Part shown: positions 29,227-38,507 of the stretch, piece after piece
Layout: each line of letters starts with the position of its first letter
Position numbering within the stretch: position 1 is the stretch's first letter
Origin: Planctomycetota bacterium
GTDB lineage: Bacteria; Planctomycetota; SZUA-567; H5-PLA8
NCBI GenBank assembly: GCA_037129555.1
Contig: JBAXUS010000003.1
Coordinates: forward strand, 3,786-67,785
Direction of reading: 5' to 3'
DNA length: 64,000 nt
Made by a program: the position numbers and the translations under genes
Notes under the pieces: model-generated
The model's database searches: none
Told to the model about the DNA's origin: nothing
The model's input: only the letters and a program-made list of their open reading frames with translations

Positions 29227-29294
29227 GACTTTTTTCCGGAGCCTTTTTGGAGCATTCGTCGGGCGATTCAATCGACTTCATTTTAAAAGATGCG

Positions 29295-29334
29295 AAACAA
29301 AAAAGCCGCACCCTTTTTTGTTCAGGCACGGCTT
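29295..29334 (-). terminator. Rho-independent terminator after the DUF4912 gene
   Basis: Minus strand AAGCCGTGCC…GGTGCGGCTT (two G-U pairs) followed by TTTTGTTT. Confidence 0.65.
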
Positions 29335-29359
29335 ATTTTGAGGGCTTGTAAACGTGCTT

Positions 29360-30550
29360 TTAATTCACGGTTTTGAGCGCGACTTTGGAACTGATCGGTG
29401 GCCAGGTCTGCTTTGGAATTAAGACTTTGTAGACGATGCGCGGAAGCTTGACTTTGAAGTGCGGCTGGTGCGTTTTGCCGGACGGTTTCTCAGGCAAATT
29501 GGGTTGCTCGTTCCAGTTCGGTCCAGTGCCGAAAATTTGCGGACGGACGAGCACGGGTTCTTGCGCGCCTGTCGGTGCTATGACCCAGCCGAAACCACCT
29601 GATCCGCCTGAACCACCGGGGCCGGGAATTCCAGCTGATCCCGGGACGCGTCCACTGGATCCCGGCAAATGCCAGCTGCCGGGCACAGAGCCGCTTGTCG
29701 CGGTTGAGGCGATGCCACCGCTGCTTTGCAGGAACGGACGGCTTTCGCTTCCGCCCACGAACCCTCCGCTGCTTCCCACTCCGACCACGCCGAAGCTGCT
29801 GCGCACGCGGGATGATCCCAGCGAATTCACGCTGCGCGATCCGCCCTGGCTGCTGCTCGCGTTCGAATCCATGACGTCTTGAATCACGCCGCTGAGCGCG
29901 GCTTCTTCTTCCGGCGTCAAGCGCCAGACGTCGTCGATGCGTTCCGAAACGCCTGCATAAGGCGCACCGAGAATCGACGACACAATCAAACTGATCCACT
30001 CGCCATCGGGTGACAACAGCGCCATTTCGAAGACGTATTTTCCGGGCCGCCCGACGTGGATGTACCAGCCACCCGCCGACGGATTAATCTCCATGTCCGC
30101 CGCAGATTCCTCGTCCGCGCGGTAGAGCCGCATGACCCACGCGCATGAGTCCACGAAATCGGCTCCGCGTTCTTGGATGAGGCGATCGAGCGTCTTGCCG
30201 CTCAACTCCCAATACACGAAGACCCACTCGGGATCGCGGACGAGCGCGACGAGGCGGTCGAGGCCGTAGGTTTCTGGCAGTGGTAAGCCGCGGTCGATGT
30301 AAGTTGACGCAAGGGGCGGCGGTTCGACAATCTGTTGAGCAACGAGCGAAGACGTTGTTTTGGTGCCGGAGCTGCCGACAAAGTGCAGCTTTGACAGCGC
30401 TTCGATCAAGCCGGCTGACAAGTCTTCTTGAATGCCGTCGGGTTCAAACGTGGCAGCGGGGCGCTTGCGACCGCGAACGGCGCGTTCCGGAAATTCGACC
30501 TGAAAACTTTGTACGTCCGCCGGCTCGAGAGTGCTGTTGCTCATGGACAT
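29360..30550 (-). CDS. DUF4912 domain protein with Gly/Ser-rich tail
   Basis: LPETYGLDRLVALVRDPEWVFVYWEL and GWYIHV…Y..E motifs. ATG 30550 chosen; the ORF-track extension to 30790 runs through AT-rich intergenic DNA. Confidence 0.85.
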   Translation of the reverse strand: MSMSNSTLEPADVQSFQVEFPERAVRGRKRPAATFEPDGIQEDLSAGLIEALSKLHFVGSSGTKTTSSLVAQQIVEPPPLASTYIDRGLPLPETYGLDRLVALVRDPEWVFVYWELSGKTLDRLIQERGADFVDSCAWVMRLYRADEESAADMEINPSAGGWYIHVGRPGKYVFEMALLSPDGEWISLIVSSILGAPYAGVSERIDDVWRLTPEEEAALSGVIQDVMDSNASSSQGGSRSVNSLGSSRVRSSFGVVGVGSSGGFVGGSESRPFLQSSGGIASTATSGSVPGSWHLPGSSGRVPGSAGIPGPGGSGGSGGFGWVIAPTGAQEPVLVRPQIFGTGPNWNEQPNLPEKPSGKTHQPHFKVKLPRIVYKVLIPKQTWPPISSKVALKTVN

Positions 30551-30886
30551 GATTCTTTCGCTTGGTTTCGCGTTTTCAATCTCGCGACACTGTTGCACCG
30601 TTTCGACACACGAAAAGCCGCCAATGATATCATTGACCTCATAGCCATTTTCAAGCGGAACTACTATGTACTGCTCGTTAGATGGTTGCGAGGCCCTGAA
30701 TCGATGGACTTCTCTATAGTAAGGCATAGAAATTCGTGTGCCATATTTTGAACAATGGCCGAATAACTCCATAATACTAACGTGAGGCATAGAAAAAAGT
30801 CAGAAATTCCGCATGAATTTGAGTTGAAAACATTGCATGATCATCAAAGCTCGTTATAATGCGCCCTTCATTTTTGGGGTGATGCC

Positions 30887-31279
30887 GTGGGTATTCCGAC
30901 AAACTACATCAAGAAGCGCGACCTGCTGCACTCTGAAAAGAGTTCTAAGGAGTCGTTGGCGAAAGTCGGACGCGAGTTCCTCGCGCTCGAACGCTATTCC
31001 GACGCCTTGGACTTCTTTGAAAAGGCAAAAGATTTGACCGCGCTGAATGAAATCAAACAGTTGGCGATCAAAAGTGGCGATACCTTCTTACTGTCTCGGC
31101 TTGATCGCTTTGATCGGACGCTGGTATCGCGCGATGAATGGAACGCCGCAGCCTTGACAGCGGAAGCATCAGGTCGCGGGAGCATGGCGGATTTTGCGAT
31201 GAAGCGGTTTGCAGTTTTGGATGCTGCCGCGCAGAAGCCGGTTCTGCTACCAGGAGCCGCGCCGCTGTCAGAGAACTAA
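30887..31279 (+). CDS. Hypothetical alpha-helical (TPR-like) protein
   Basis: GREFLALERYSDALDFFEKA helical repeat; a sigma70-like TTGCAT-N16-TATAAT lies upstream (30833-30860). Confidence 0.65.
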   Translation: MGIPTNYIKKRDLLHSEKSSKESLAKVGREFLALERYSDALDFFEKAKDLTALNEIKQLAIKSGDTFLLSRLDRFDRTLVSRDEWNAAALTAEASGRGSMADFAMKRFAVLDAAAQKPVLLPGAAPLSEN

Positions 31280-31417
31280 AGAGCCGCGCACGTCAGGATG
31301 AGGCAGACGATTTTCGCAGGACGAACGACATGACGGAAGTGAAGTCCGTCGAAGTTTAAGACTCGCGCCAATTTCGGCGCGCGCAATGAAACGGAAGAAG
31401 AGAGGACTCGAACGACC

Positions 31418-31534
31418 ATGGCAGCCAAGGACAAGAATCGACCGCTGAAGAACCGCCGCAGCAAGCGCGCCAACCACGGCATCAAACCGGGTTGCGGCCA
31501 GCCGCGCAGCCAGTTCAAACGCGCACGCCGATAA
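31418..31534 (+). CDS. Small basic protein resembling 50S ribosomal protein bL37, not in the ORF track
   Basis: MAAKDKNRPLKNRRSKRANHGIKPGCGQPRSQFKRARR* (38 aa); SD AGAGGA; ANHGxKP matches the bL37 KANHGKRP motif; terminator follows. Confidence 0.75.
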   Translation: MAAKDKNRPLKNRRSKRANHGIKPGCGQPRSQFKRARR

Positions 31535-31563
31535 GACACACGGCGTTTTTACAACGCCATCCG

Positions 31564-31601
31564 AACAGCCATGTGTCCTGTGACACGTGGCTGTTTCATT
31601 T
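31564..31601 (+). terminator. Terminator hairpin after the bL37-like gene
   Basis: AACAGCCATGTGTC-CTGT-GACACGTGGCTGTT followed by TCATTT. Confidence 0.7.
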
Positions 31602-31621
31602 GATCCGCGAGGGTTGCAACT

Positions 31622-32140
31622 GTGGCCGGAAACAAGCCATCCGCACTCGACCGCGCACGCGCCGACCTGACCGTCGGACGCCCGGACCTTGCACGTGATC
31701 GTGTTCACGGCTACCTCGTGACATTAAATCAACGCGGTGAGTATTCTCAGGAAACGTATTCGCTGATGGGCGAAATCTATTTCGCGATGCGCGATTATCC
31801 CCGCGCTGGTGCGATGTGGATGTTGACCGAACGCGACGATGCAGACGCGCAGAAAGCCTTCGACGCGTTTGCAAAACGCTATCCCAAAAACAGCGGAAGA
31901 GAAGCTGTCAATCCGCGCGCTCCATCCGAATTGTACCCACCGAAAGTTCAAGAACGACTGAAGCAATGGAACTATCGTTACGTCCCGCGCCGCATACGCA
32001 AACAAGGCATCAACGCAAACGACGAAGGGGAAGTCACTGGAGTTCGCCCGATTGAGGCCGGCTGTCTGGTGGCCGGTGTAATCCTCTTAGTGATGGCGTG
32101 TTTTTATATTTATCTCACGTTCTTTGGACGACGGCACTAG
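31622..32140 (+). CDS. DUF6584-like helical protein with C-terminal TM helix
   Basis: LDRARADL..GR..LARDRVHG…GEIY……RAG.MW.LT pattern; hydrophobic C-terminus. Confidence 0.55.
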   Translation: MAGNKPSALDRARADLTVGRPDLARDRVHGYLVTLNQRGEYSQETYSLMGEIYFAMRDYPRAGAMWMLTERDDADAQKAFDAFAKRYPKNSGREAVNPRAPSELYPPKVQERLKQWNYRYVPRRIRKQGINANDEGEVTGVRPIEAGCLVAGVILLVMACFYIYLTFFGRRH

Positions 32141-32144
32141 TTCG

Positions 32145-34538
32145 CTAAACGATCTCCAGATTCACATGCTTGCGCGCGAGGTCGATGTCGATCACGCGGA
32201 CTTCAACTTTGTCGCCGAGCTGGAAACAACGTCCGCGTTTTCGGCCTTGAATCAAGTGCCGTTCCTCGACGTATTCGTACCAATCGTCCTGCATGTCTTC
32301 TTTCCGAACCATCCCTTCGACGAAGCAATCTTGAAGCTGAATCGTGAGACCGAAATCGCGGACGCGTGTGATGATGCCGGGATGGGCCTCGCGCAGATTT
32401 CGTCGGAGGAATTGCATCTGCCTGAATTTAACGACTTCATTCTCAGCACCCGCCGCTTCACGCTCGCGACGCGAACAATGATCGGCCATCGAACGAAGCA
32501 AATCAACGCGCTTGAAATGCTCGCGATTCTTGTCGCCGCCTGCGCGCCGCTGGCCGGTTTCGGGCAGCGCTGTTTCGCCGGGCTTGAAACGGTCGTCGAG
32601 CGCGCGATGAACGAGTAAATCCGGATAGCGGCGGATGGGGCTGGTGAAGTGCAGATAGCGTGAAAAGTTCAACGCGAAATGCGGCAGGCATTCGACTGAA
32701 TACTTCGCCTGTTTCAAACTCGTCAGCAGCGCGAGGTGAACGGAGTGTCCGATTTCCGGCATCGCTGCTGCGCGGTCAAGGGCGTACTTTAATTTCAAAC
32801 GGTCGTAGGGCGGCTTGAGCGAAATGCCGAACTCGCGAACGAACTCGGCGAACTTTGCAAGCGCCTCGGGATTGGGTTCTTCGTGAACGCGGAAGAGTCC
32901 CGGGATTTCGTTGTCCAACAAATGCTCGGCGACCGCTCGGTTCGCGGCGAGCATCATTTCTTCGATCAATTCATGCGCCCAATGATGCTCGCGTTCCGTC
33001 CAGCCTTTGACTTCGCCGCGCTCATCCAAGAGCAGTTTCGTTTCGGGCAGATCGAGATTCAACGACCCGCTGTCGAAGCGCTTTTTGCGAAGCCGTGCGG
33101 AAAAGTCGCGCATCTCTTGACACGCTTTGAAAATCTCTGGCGTCCGGACGAGTTCGGGTTTGTTGCCTTCGAGCGCGTCGCGGACTTGATCGTATGTCAA
33201 GAACGCTGCCGATCGAATGACGCTGCGCTCGATCTTGCGCTTGAGGACCGTCATGTTTGAGCCGTACGTCATCGAGATCGTTTTGGTCAGACGCAGCTTG
33301 CCTTCTTTCAGCGAACACATGTTGTTGCTGAGTTTCGGCGGGAGCATGGGATAGACTTTGCCGGGCAGGTAGACGCTGGTCGCGCGCTCGCGGGCCTCGC
33401 GGTCAATCGGGCTGCCTTCTTTGACGTAATACGACACGTCGGCGATGTGGACGAGGAGCGTGAATTTTCCGTCGGGCTCGACACGCAGCGCGACGGCGTC
33501 GTCGTGATCCTTCGCGTCTTCAGGATCAATCGTGAACGTGACGGGATGTTCGTAGAAGACGCGCTGCGCGAGTTCTTCTTCCGGGATGTCATCTGGAATC
33601 GCCTCGGCTTCGTCGAGCGCGTCTTCTGGGAATTCCAGTTTCACATGGAAGTTTTCGAGGATCGCGGCGATGTCCGCTTCGGCTTCGCCGGCCTTGCCGT
33701 AGATTTTTGTGACGCGCGCAGTGGGTCGGTCACCGGAGCGTTTTGAATCAGAAGACTCGACCAATTCGATCGCAACTTTGTCCTGATCTTTCGCTTCGCC
33801 GCGATGTTCGAAGAGGACGTCGAGTTCCGAAAACACGCCGCGTGTGTCGGGGACAACGTGACCGACGACGAGTCCTTCGAGTTTATTCTTCTCACGATTG
33901 CGGTGAACCGACGCGGGGAGCGGGCTGGTTTGACGATGCGAAAAATAGGTGCCGACGATGATCGTGTTCGCACGTTCGATGATCTTGACGACGCGACCGG
34001 TCGGCTTTGAAAACCCACCGCCGCCCCGGAAAAACTTTCCACGCCGATTTGAATTATGTTGCTCGCGGCGCATCAATTCAACGGCGACGGTATCACCGTT
34101 CAACGCAGCCCCGACATCTTCTTGAGCGATGTAGAGATCGTTGCCGGGCGGATCGCTGAGCAGATACGCCATCCCGCCGCGCTTCACATCGATGCGACCG
34201 ATGCGCACATTTTTGGGAAACGGCTTTTCGACCGGCTTGCGTGGAGTATCGGAATTTGAATCTGCATCTTCGGGCGATTCCTCGTCAGAATCCGCGCGTG
34301 AGCCAGTCCCTTTACGCGCAGGTTTTGCACCGCCGAGCGGCAGGCCCCATTTGCCTTTTTTCAACTCGTCAATCGTACCCTCTTCAGCCATTTCGCTGAG
34401 CAGGTCTTTGAACGCGAGGTACTCCTCGTCGTCGATGTCAAGTTGCCGCGCCAGCCCGCGCTTGCGCATCGGCATGTAAGAAGGGGAAGCGAGAAGTTCC
34501 AGCACCGCAGTTTTCAAGTCGTCGCGTTTCATGCGCAT
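32145..34538 (-). CDS. rnr: Ribonuclease R
   Basis: N-terminal wHTH, cold-shock domains, RNB motifs TIDPEDAKDHDDA and HFTSPIRRYPDLLVHR, C-terminal S1 domain. Confidence 0.95.
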   Translation of the reverse strand: MRMKRDDLKTAVLELLASPSYMPMRKRGLARQLDIDDEEYLAFKDLLSEMAEEGTIDELKKGKWGLPLGGAKPARKGTGSRADSDEESPEDADSNSDTPRKPVEKPFPKNVRIGRIDVKRGGMAYLLSDPPGNDLYIAQEDVGAALNGDTVAVELMRREQHNSNRRGKFFRGGGGFSKPTGRVVKIIERANTIIVGTYFSHRQTSPLPASVHRNREKNKLEGLVVGHVVPDTRGVFSELDVLFEHRGEAKDQDKVAIELVESSDSKRSGDRPTARVTKIYGKAGEAEADIAAILENFHVKLEFPEDALDEAEAIPDDIPEEELAQRVFYEHPVTFTIDPEDAKDHDDAVALRVEPDGKFTLLVHIADVSYYVKEGSPIDREARERATSVYLPGKVYPMLPPKLSNNMCSLKEGKLRLTKTISMTYGSNMTVLKRKIERSVIRSAAFLTYDQVRDALEGNKPELVRTPEIFKACQEMRDFSARLRKKRFDSGSLNLDLPETKLLLDERGEVKGWTEREHHWAHELIEEMMLAANRAVAEHLLDNEIPGLFRVHEEPNPEALAKFAEFVREFGISLKPPYDRLKLKYALDRAAAMPEIGHSVHLALLTSLKQAKYSVECLPHFALNFSRYLHFTSPIRRYPDLLVHRALDDRFKPGETALPETGQRRAGGDKNREHFKRVDLLRSMADHCSRREREAAGAENEVVKFRQMQFLRRNLREAHPGIITRVRDFGLTIQLQDCFVEGMVRKEDMQDDWYEYVEERHLIQGRKRGRCFQLGDKVEVRVIDIDLARKHVNLEIV

Positions 34539-34677
34539 ATCATCCGCCGAATGCCGATAAATATCAAGGCGTTGCCGCGGCTGTCCTCTTTTCAACATGA
34601 TCCACAGAGATTCGTGAAGGGTTGAGTTGCCCACTCGTCTCCATTACATTAGAGGGAACTTTATTGTGGAGATCGTA

Positions 34678-35238
34678 ATGACCCGATTTATTGGACGAGT
34701 TGTAGTGGTAAGTTTATGCAGTCTATTTTGTTCGACATTGATATTAAGCGCAGATGCGACGAAGCCAGTTGAGGCTGCTGCAAAAGTGGACGATATTTTG
34801 GGCGCGCTGAAAGGCACCGGCGCGAAAGTTATTTTAGTCAACGTGTGGTCGGCTGAATGCACGCCCTGCATCGCTGAAATGCCGACGCTGATGCGCGCGG
34901 CGGTGAAATTCAAATCCAACGCGAACGTGGCATTTCTGGGCCTGTGTCTTCCCGGCGAAGAGACGAATTTCAAAATCGCGATCGAAGCTGCGACGAAAAT
35001 CGTGCAGTCAAAAGTCGTGACATACCGCAACATGCTGTGGACCGGAAAAGGTGAAACGCTGCTCGACCGCTTCAACATCATCGGCACACCCTACATTGTG
35101 TTTCTCTCGGGCGATGGCAAAGTGCTCGGCGATTTAGAGTTGCCTGAAGATCAGGTGAAGGCGGGTGACATGATCGAGAAAAGCATCGCCAAAGCGTTGG
35201 CCGTTCCGGCCACGTCTGACGCTCCGAAGAAGCTGTAG
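34678..35238 (+). CDS. TlpA/ResA-family thioredoxin-like disulfide reductase
   Basis: Signal peptide; ILVNVWSAECTPCIAEMP; cis-Pro motif GTP. Confidence 0.85.
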   Translation: MTRFIGRVVVVSLCSLFCSTLILSADATKPVEAAAKVDDILGALKGTGAKVILVNVWSAECTPCIAEMPTLMRAAVKFKSNANVAFLGLCLPGEETNFKIAIEAATKIVQSKVVTYRNMLWTGKGETLLDRFNIIGTPYIVFLSGDGKVLGDLELPEDQVKAGDMIEKSIAKALAVPATSDAPKKL

Positions 35239-35249
35239 AAAACTTGCCT

Positions 35250-36635
35250 TCAAATCACATCAATGCCGCGTGTAACTTCTTCACTCGTGACCACGTGCAC
35301 GGAACCGAGGCGCGCTTCGTCTGTAAACGGATCGAGTGTACACGGCGCGTTTCGCACGATAATAATCTTCATCGCCGCACCCAAATCGCGAATCGTGTGC
35401 GCGAATTTTTGACGCGCAGCATCCCAATCCAAGAAGACGCAAATCACCGCGCCGATGGAGGCGAGGTTCTGGCCCAATTCAGGTTCGATGCGGTCGAAGC
35501 CGTCATTCGGCCCGGAATCGACGCAGGCTAAAATGTCGAGAATCTGATCGATGAAAGCCAGATGCCGCCCGGCTTGCAGATGATACAGATCCGGCCCCGC
35601 TGCGAGAATATCGACGACGTATTCCTTGCGCGCGAGCCAGTCACTCACGGACGCGCAAACTGAAATCGCGCTTTCAAACGCCTGGCGTTCCACGTCGCTC
35701 GGAAATTTTGGCAGCTGTGTATCGAGCACGACCGCGACGCGCAGCAGGTATTCTTCGCGGTACTCGCGGACAATCGGCTTGTTCAAACGCGCAGAGGCGC
35801 GCCAATCGATGTCGCGGATGTTGTCGCCCGCTCGGTATTCGCGGTTGCCGACGAATTCGACGGACTCGCCAATCGTCGCCGCGAGCGCAACGCCTCCGGG
35901 CTGGTAGCGCCGGGATGATGGCAAGTCGATGCGTTCGAGCGGTTCAAATCGCGGATAGACGATCAAGCGTCGCTGGCGTTCGAAAACGCGATAACTGCGC
36001 CACATGCCGAAAGGGAAATCCGTCTCGGCGCGAAATCCATTCATCGAAAACGCGCCGCGATGCGAGCAAATTAATCGTAGGACGACTCGAACGCGCTCAC
36101 CTTTTTTCAAAACTGGGAGCGGCACGCCGTCGGTTTCGACAGCGTCGATGGATGCCGGAAGTTGTTGGGGCAGCACATGCAGATCGTGTCCGCCGATCCA
36201 GCCGAGTTGCTCGATTTCAACTTCCACCGGCATGATCTCGCCCGCGACGACATGTTGAGCGTGTTGGACAGTCAACTTGACGCGCGGCTTGAAGAAGAGC
36301 GGCGCGATCAGAGCGAGCGCCCACAGCGCCGAAACATAGCAAAACGGAATGTACGCCTGCATCGTCAGCGAGGTCGATGCGTAAGCGAACAAAAAGACGG
36401 TGGGGATGAGCATCCAGCGCCCGGCGGATGTCATGCGCCCGATGAACAAGCGCCACACCCAGCGCCCGCCGAAGCTGCGGAAGAGCGAGTGTCCGCGCGT
36501 GTCTTTAGCGGCAGAGAACGACGGCATCTCGACGGTTTGAGACAGCAGACTCGCGTGCTTCTTCGCACGCGGCTCGCGCCGGCGTTCGTGACGTTGGGGA
36601 GTTGGAGTGGACGTTGCCAATATGTTCGCCGCCAA
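35250..36635 (-). CDS. DUF58 domain protein (MoxR-associated family)
   Basis: Two TM helices; DFPFG; EFVGNREYRAGDNIRDIDWRASAR…VREY; FESAISVCAS. Start uncertain. Confidence 0.9.
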   Translation of the reverse strand: MAANILATSTPTPQRHERRREPRAKKHASLLSQTVEMPSFSAAKDTRGHSLFRSFGGRWVWRLFIGRMTSAGRWMLIPTVFLFAYASTSLTMQAYIPFCYVSALWALALIAPLFFKPRVKLTVQHAQHVVAGEIMPVEVEIEQLGWIGGHDLHVLPQQLPASIDAVETDGVPLPVLKKGERVRVVLRLICSHRGAFSMNGFRAETDFPFGMWRSYRVFERQRRLIVYPRFEPLERIDLPSSRRYQPGGVALAATIGESVEFVGNREYRAGDNIRDIDWRASARLNKPIVREYREEYLLRVAVVLDTQLPKFPSDVERQAFESAISVCASVSDWLARKEYVVDILAAGPDLYHLQAGRHLAFIDQILDILACVDSGPNDGFDRIEPELGQNLASIGAVICVFLDWDAARQKFAHTIRDLGAAMKIIIVRNAPCTLDPFTDEARLGSVHVVTSEEVTRGIDVI

Positions 36636-36765
36636 GGGAAATCCGGTGTGTCAGAATGCCATCGTGCGGGGGAAAATAAAGGGGAAAACGAAATCAGAAT
36701 TTCAGAACGCGAGTTTCAAAAAGAAGAATAGTGCTTTGGCGACGTGATCGTTGTAAAGTAAGAGC

Positions 36766-37356
36766 ATGTTGACTGCGACTTCAAACATGACCCTGCTGGA
36801 CAGGATGGTGATGAGCGTGGAGCGAGTGCGTGAGCGTTTGTTGCGAGCTGCAGGAGCGCTCGACGCGGCGGGAATTCCGTACGCGGTCGTCGGCGGGAAC
36901 GCGGTGGCTGCGTGGGTCGCAACGGTCGATGAAGCTGCGGTGCGGAACACGCAGGATGTGGATATTTTGCTGCGGCGTTCGGATTTGGACGCAGCGGAAA
37001 AAGCGCTCGCCGCGGTGGGTTTCACCCGACGCAATGTACAAGGTATCGAAATTTTCTTGGACGGTCCCGGCGCGAAAATGCGTGACGCGGTTCACGTGGT
37101 CTTCGCGGGTGAAAAAGTGCGACAGGAGTACGAAGCCGCTGCGCCGGATATTTTCGAATCCGAGCGCCCCGGTAATTTCAGCGTGATTAAATTGGAAGCG
37201 CTCGTTCGGATGAAATTGACGTCGAATCGACGCAAAGACCAAGTCCACATTCAGGACATGCTGGACGTCGGCATGATCGACGCGAGTTGGACGATGCGGT
37301 TGGGACCGGTGCTGGGCGCGCGGTTGCAGCATTTGATCGACACGCCGGAAGGGTAA
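36766..37356 (+). CDS. Nucleotidyltransferase-fold protein (DUF6036/AbiEii-like)
   Basis: GIPYAVVGGNAV…RNTQDVDILL (GG/DxD) and LVRMKL…RRKD motifs. Confidence 0.75.
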   Translation: MLTATSNMTLLDRMVMSVERVRERLLRAAGALDAAGIPYAVVGGNAVAAWVATVDEAAVRNTQDVDILLRRSDLDAAEKALAAVGFTRRNVQGIEIFLDGPGAKMRDAVHVVFAGEKVRQEYEAAAPDIFESERPGNFSVIKLEALVRMKLTSNRRKDQVHIQDMLDVGMIDASWTMRLGPVLGARLQHLIDTPEG

Positions 37357-37365
37357 TATCCAGGG

Positions 37366-37776
37366 TCATTTTTCATTCCAGTGACCCACATAAGGACTCA
37401 GTATCAGTACGAGTATGGACAAGATCAGGAAGCACACTATTGACATGACGAACATTCCTAACAGCGTATCCGTGACGTCCCGTTTTCGAATTCTCAATTC
37501 AAGACCAATGCCTATAGTGAGCAAGAAACTCAGCGCAACCCAAATATCATATAGTAGAGGCACAGGTTCAAATGGATCAAAATGCCAGCCCCTCGACTCC
37601 TGAACACCACCTTCGCGGTAGAATTTAGACGGAAAACCTAGTGTGTAAAAGGATGTACCTGGAGCAGTGTCTTGCTTCACGGTATTCGCCCAAATCATCC
37701 CGCCCGCAACAAACAGCAGCGCCACAGCCGTGGAGAGATGCAATTGAAAGCGAAACGTGTTCGGCTTCTCATCCAT
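37366..37776 (-). CDS. Hypothetical membrane protein (visibly AT-richer DNA)
   Basis: FRFQLHLSTAVALLFVAGGMIWAN leader, GFP motif, three hydrophobic helices. Confidence 0.65.
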   Translation of the reverse strand: MDEKPNTFRFQLHLSTAVALLFVAGGMIWANTVKQDTAPGTSFYTLGFPSKFYREGGVQESRGWHFDPFEPVPLLYDIWVALSFLLTIGIGLELRIRKRDVTDTLLGMFVMSIVCFLILSILVLILSPYVGHWNEK

Positions 37777-37798
37777 GCAATCGCGAGCCTCGTTGGTG

Positions 37799-38506
37799 CT
37801 ACTTCTTCGTCGCAAACAACCGATAAATCGGCCGACCAGCTTTCATGTATTTGATCTCAAAATTCGTCCGACCCAATGGAGCGTCTTCCCAGGGTTCGGG
37901 ATGTTCGGTCACAGCGAAGAAGCGCTGCAGCAGCGGCAGGATGCTGGAGTAATACTCCTTGTGATCGGTCGCGAAATAGAGCGTTCCGGTTGGGGCGAGC
38001 GTGCGCTGCAAATCCGCGCAAAATGAATCCTGAAACAGGCGTCGCTTGAGGTGCTTTTTCTTGGGCCACGGGTCCGGGAAATAAATGTGATATTGGTGGA
38101 CACTGGAGTCGGTGAAAAAGCGCTTGATCAGATAGGCTGCATCGATGCGGCCGCAGCGGAAATTGGCGAGCTGCTTGCGTGCGGCGCGGTCGCGCATGAT
38201 GCGGTAGTATTCGCCGCAACGTTCGATGCCCATGCAATTCCAATCGGCGTGATCAGTGGCCATAGTCATGACCGTGCGCCCGCCTCCGCAACCAATTTCA
38301 ACAACGAGTGGTGCAGTGCGACCGTAGATCGCGGACCAATCAGCGGGCACGGGAAGAACATCGAGCGGCAATTCCCACGCGTGAGTGGCCGTTGGCAGCA
38401 AGACGCGACCGAATGGGCCGTCGTCCGGAAGCACCCGACCGACGCCTTCGATTTCTTTTTCGACGAAGTCATCGTCGTCTTCGTTCACGTCGCTTAATGC
38501 GCTCAC
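37799..38506 (-). CDS. trmB: tRNA (guanine-N7)-methyltransferase
   Basis: VEIGCGGG, GIE, YFPDPWPKKKHLKRRL, ATDHKEY, TNFEIKY. GTG 38506 chosen. Confidence 0.93.
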   Translation of the reverse strand: MSALSDVNEDDDDFVEKEIEGVGRVLPDDGPFGRVLLPTATHAWELPLDVLPVPADWSAIYGRTAPLVVEIGCGGGRTVMTMATDHADWNCMGIERCGEYYRIMRDRAARKQLANFRCGRIDAAYLIKRFFTDSSVHQYHIYFPDPWPKKKHLKRRLFQDSFCADLQRTLAPTGTLYFATDHKEYYSSILPLLQRFFAVTEHPEPWEDAPLGRTNFEIKYMKAGRPIYRLFATKK

Positions 38507-38507
38507 A

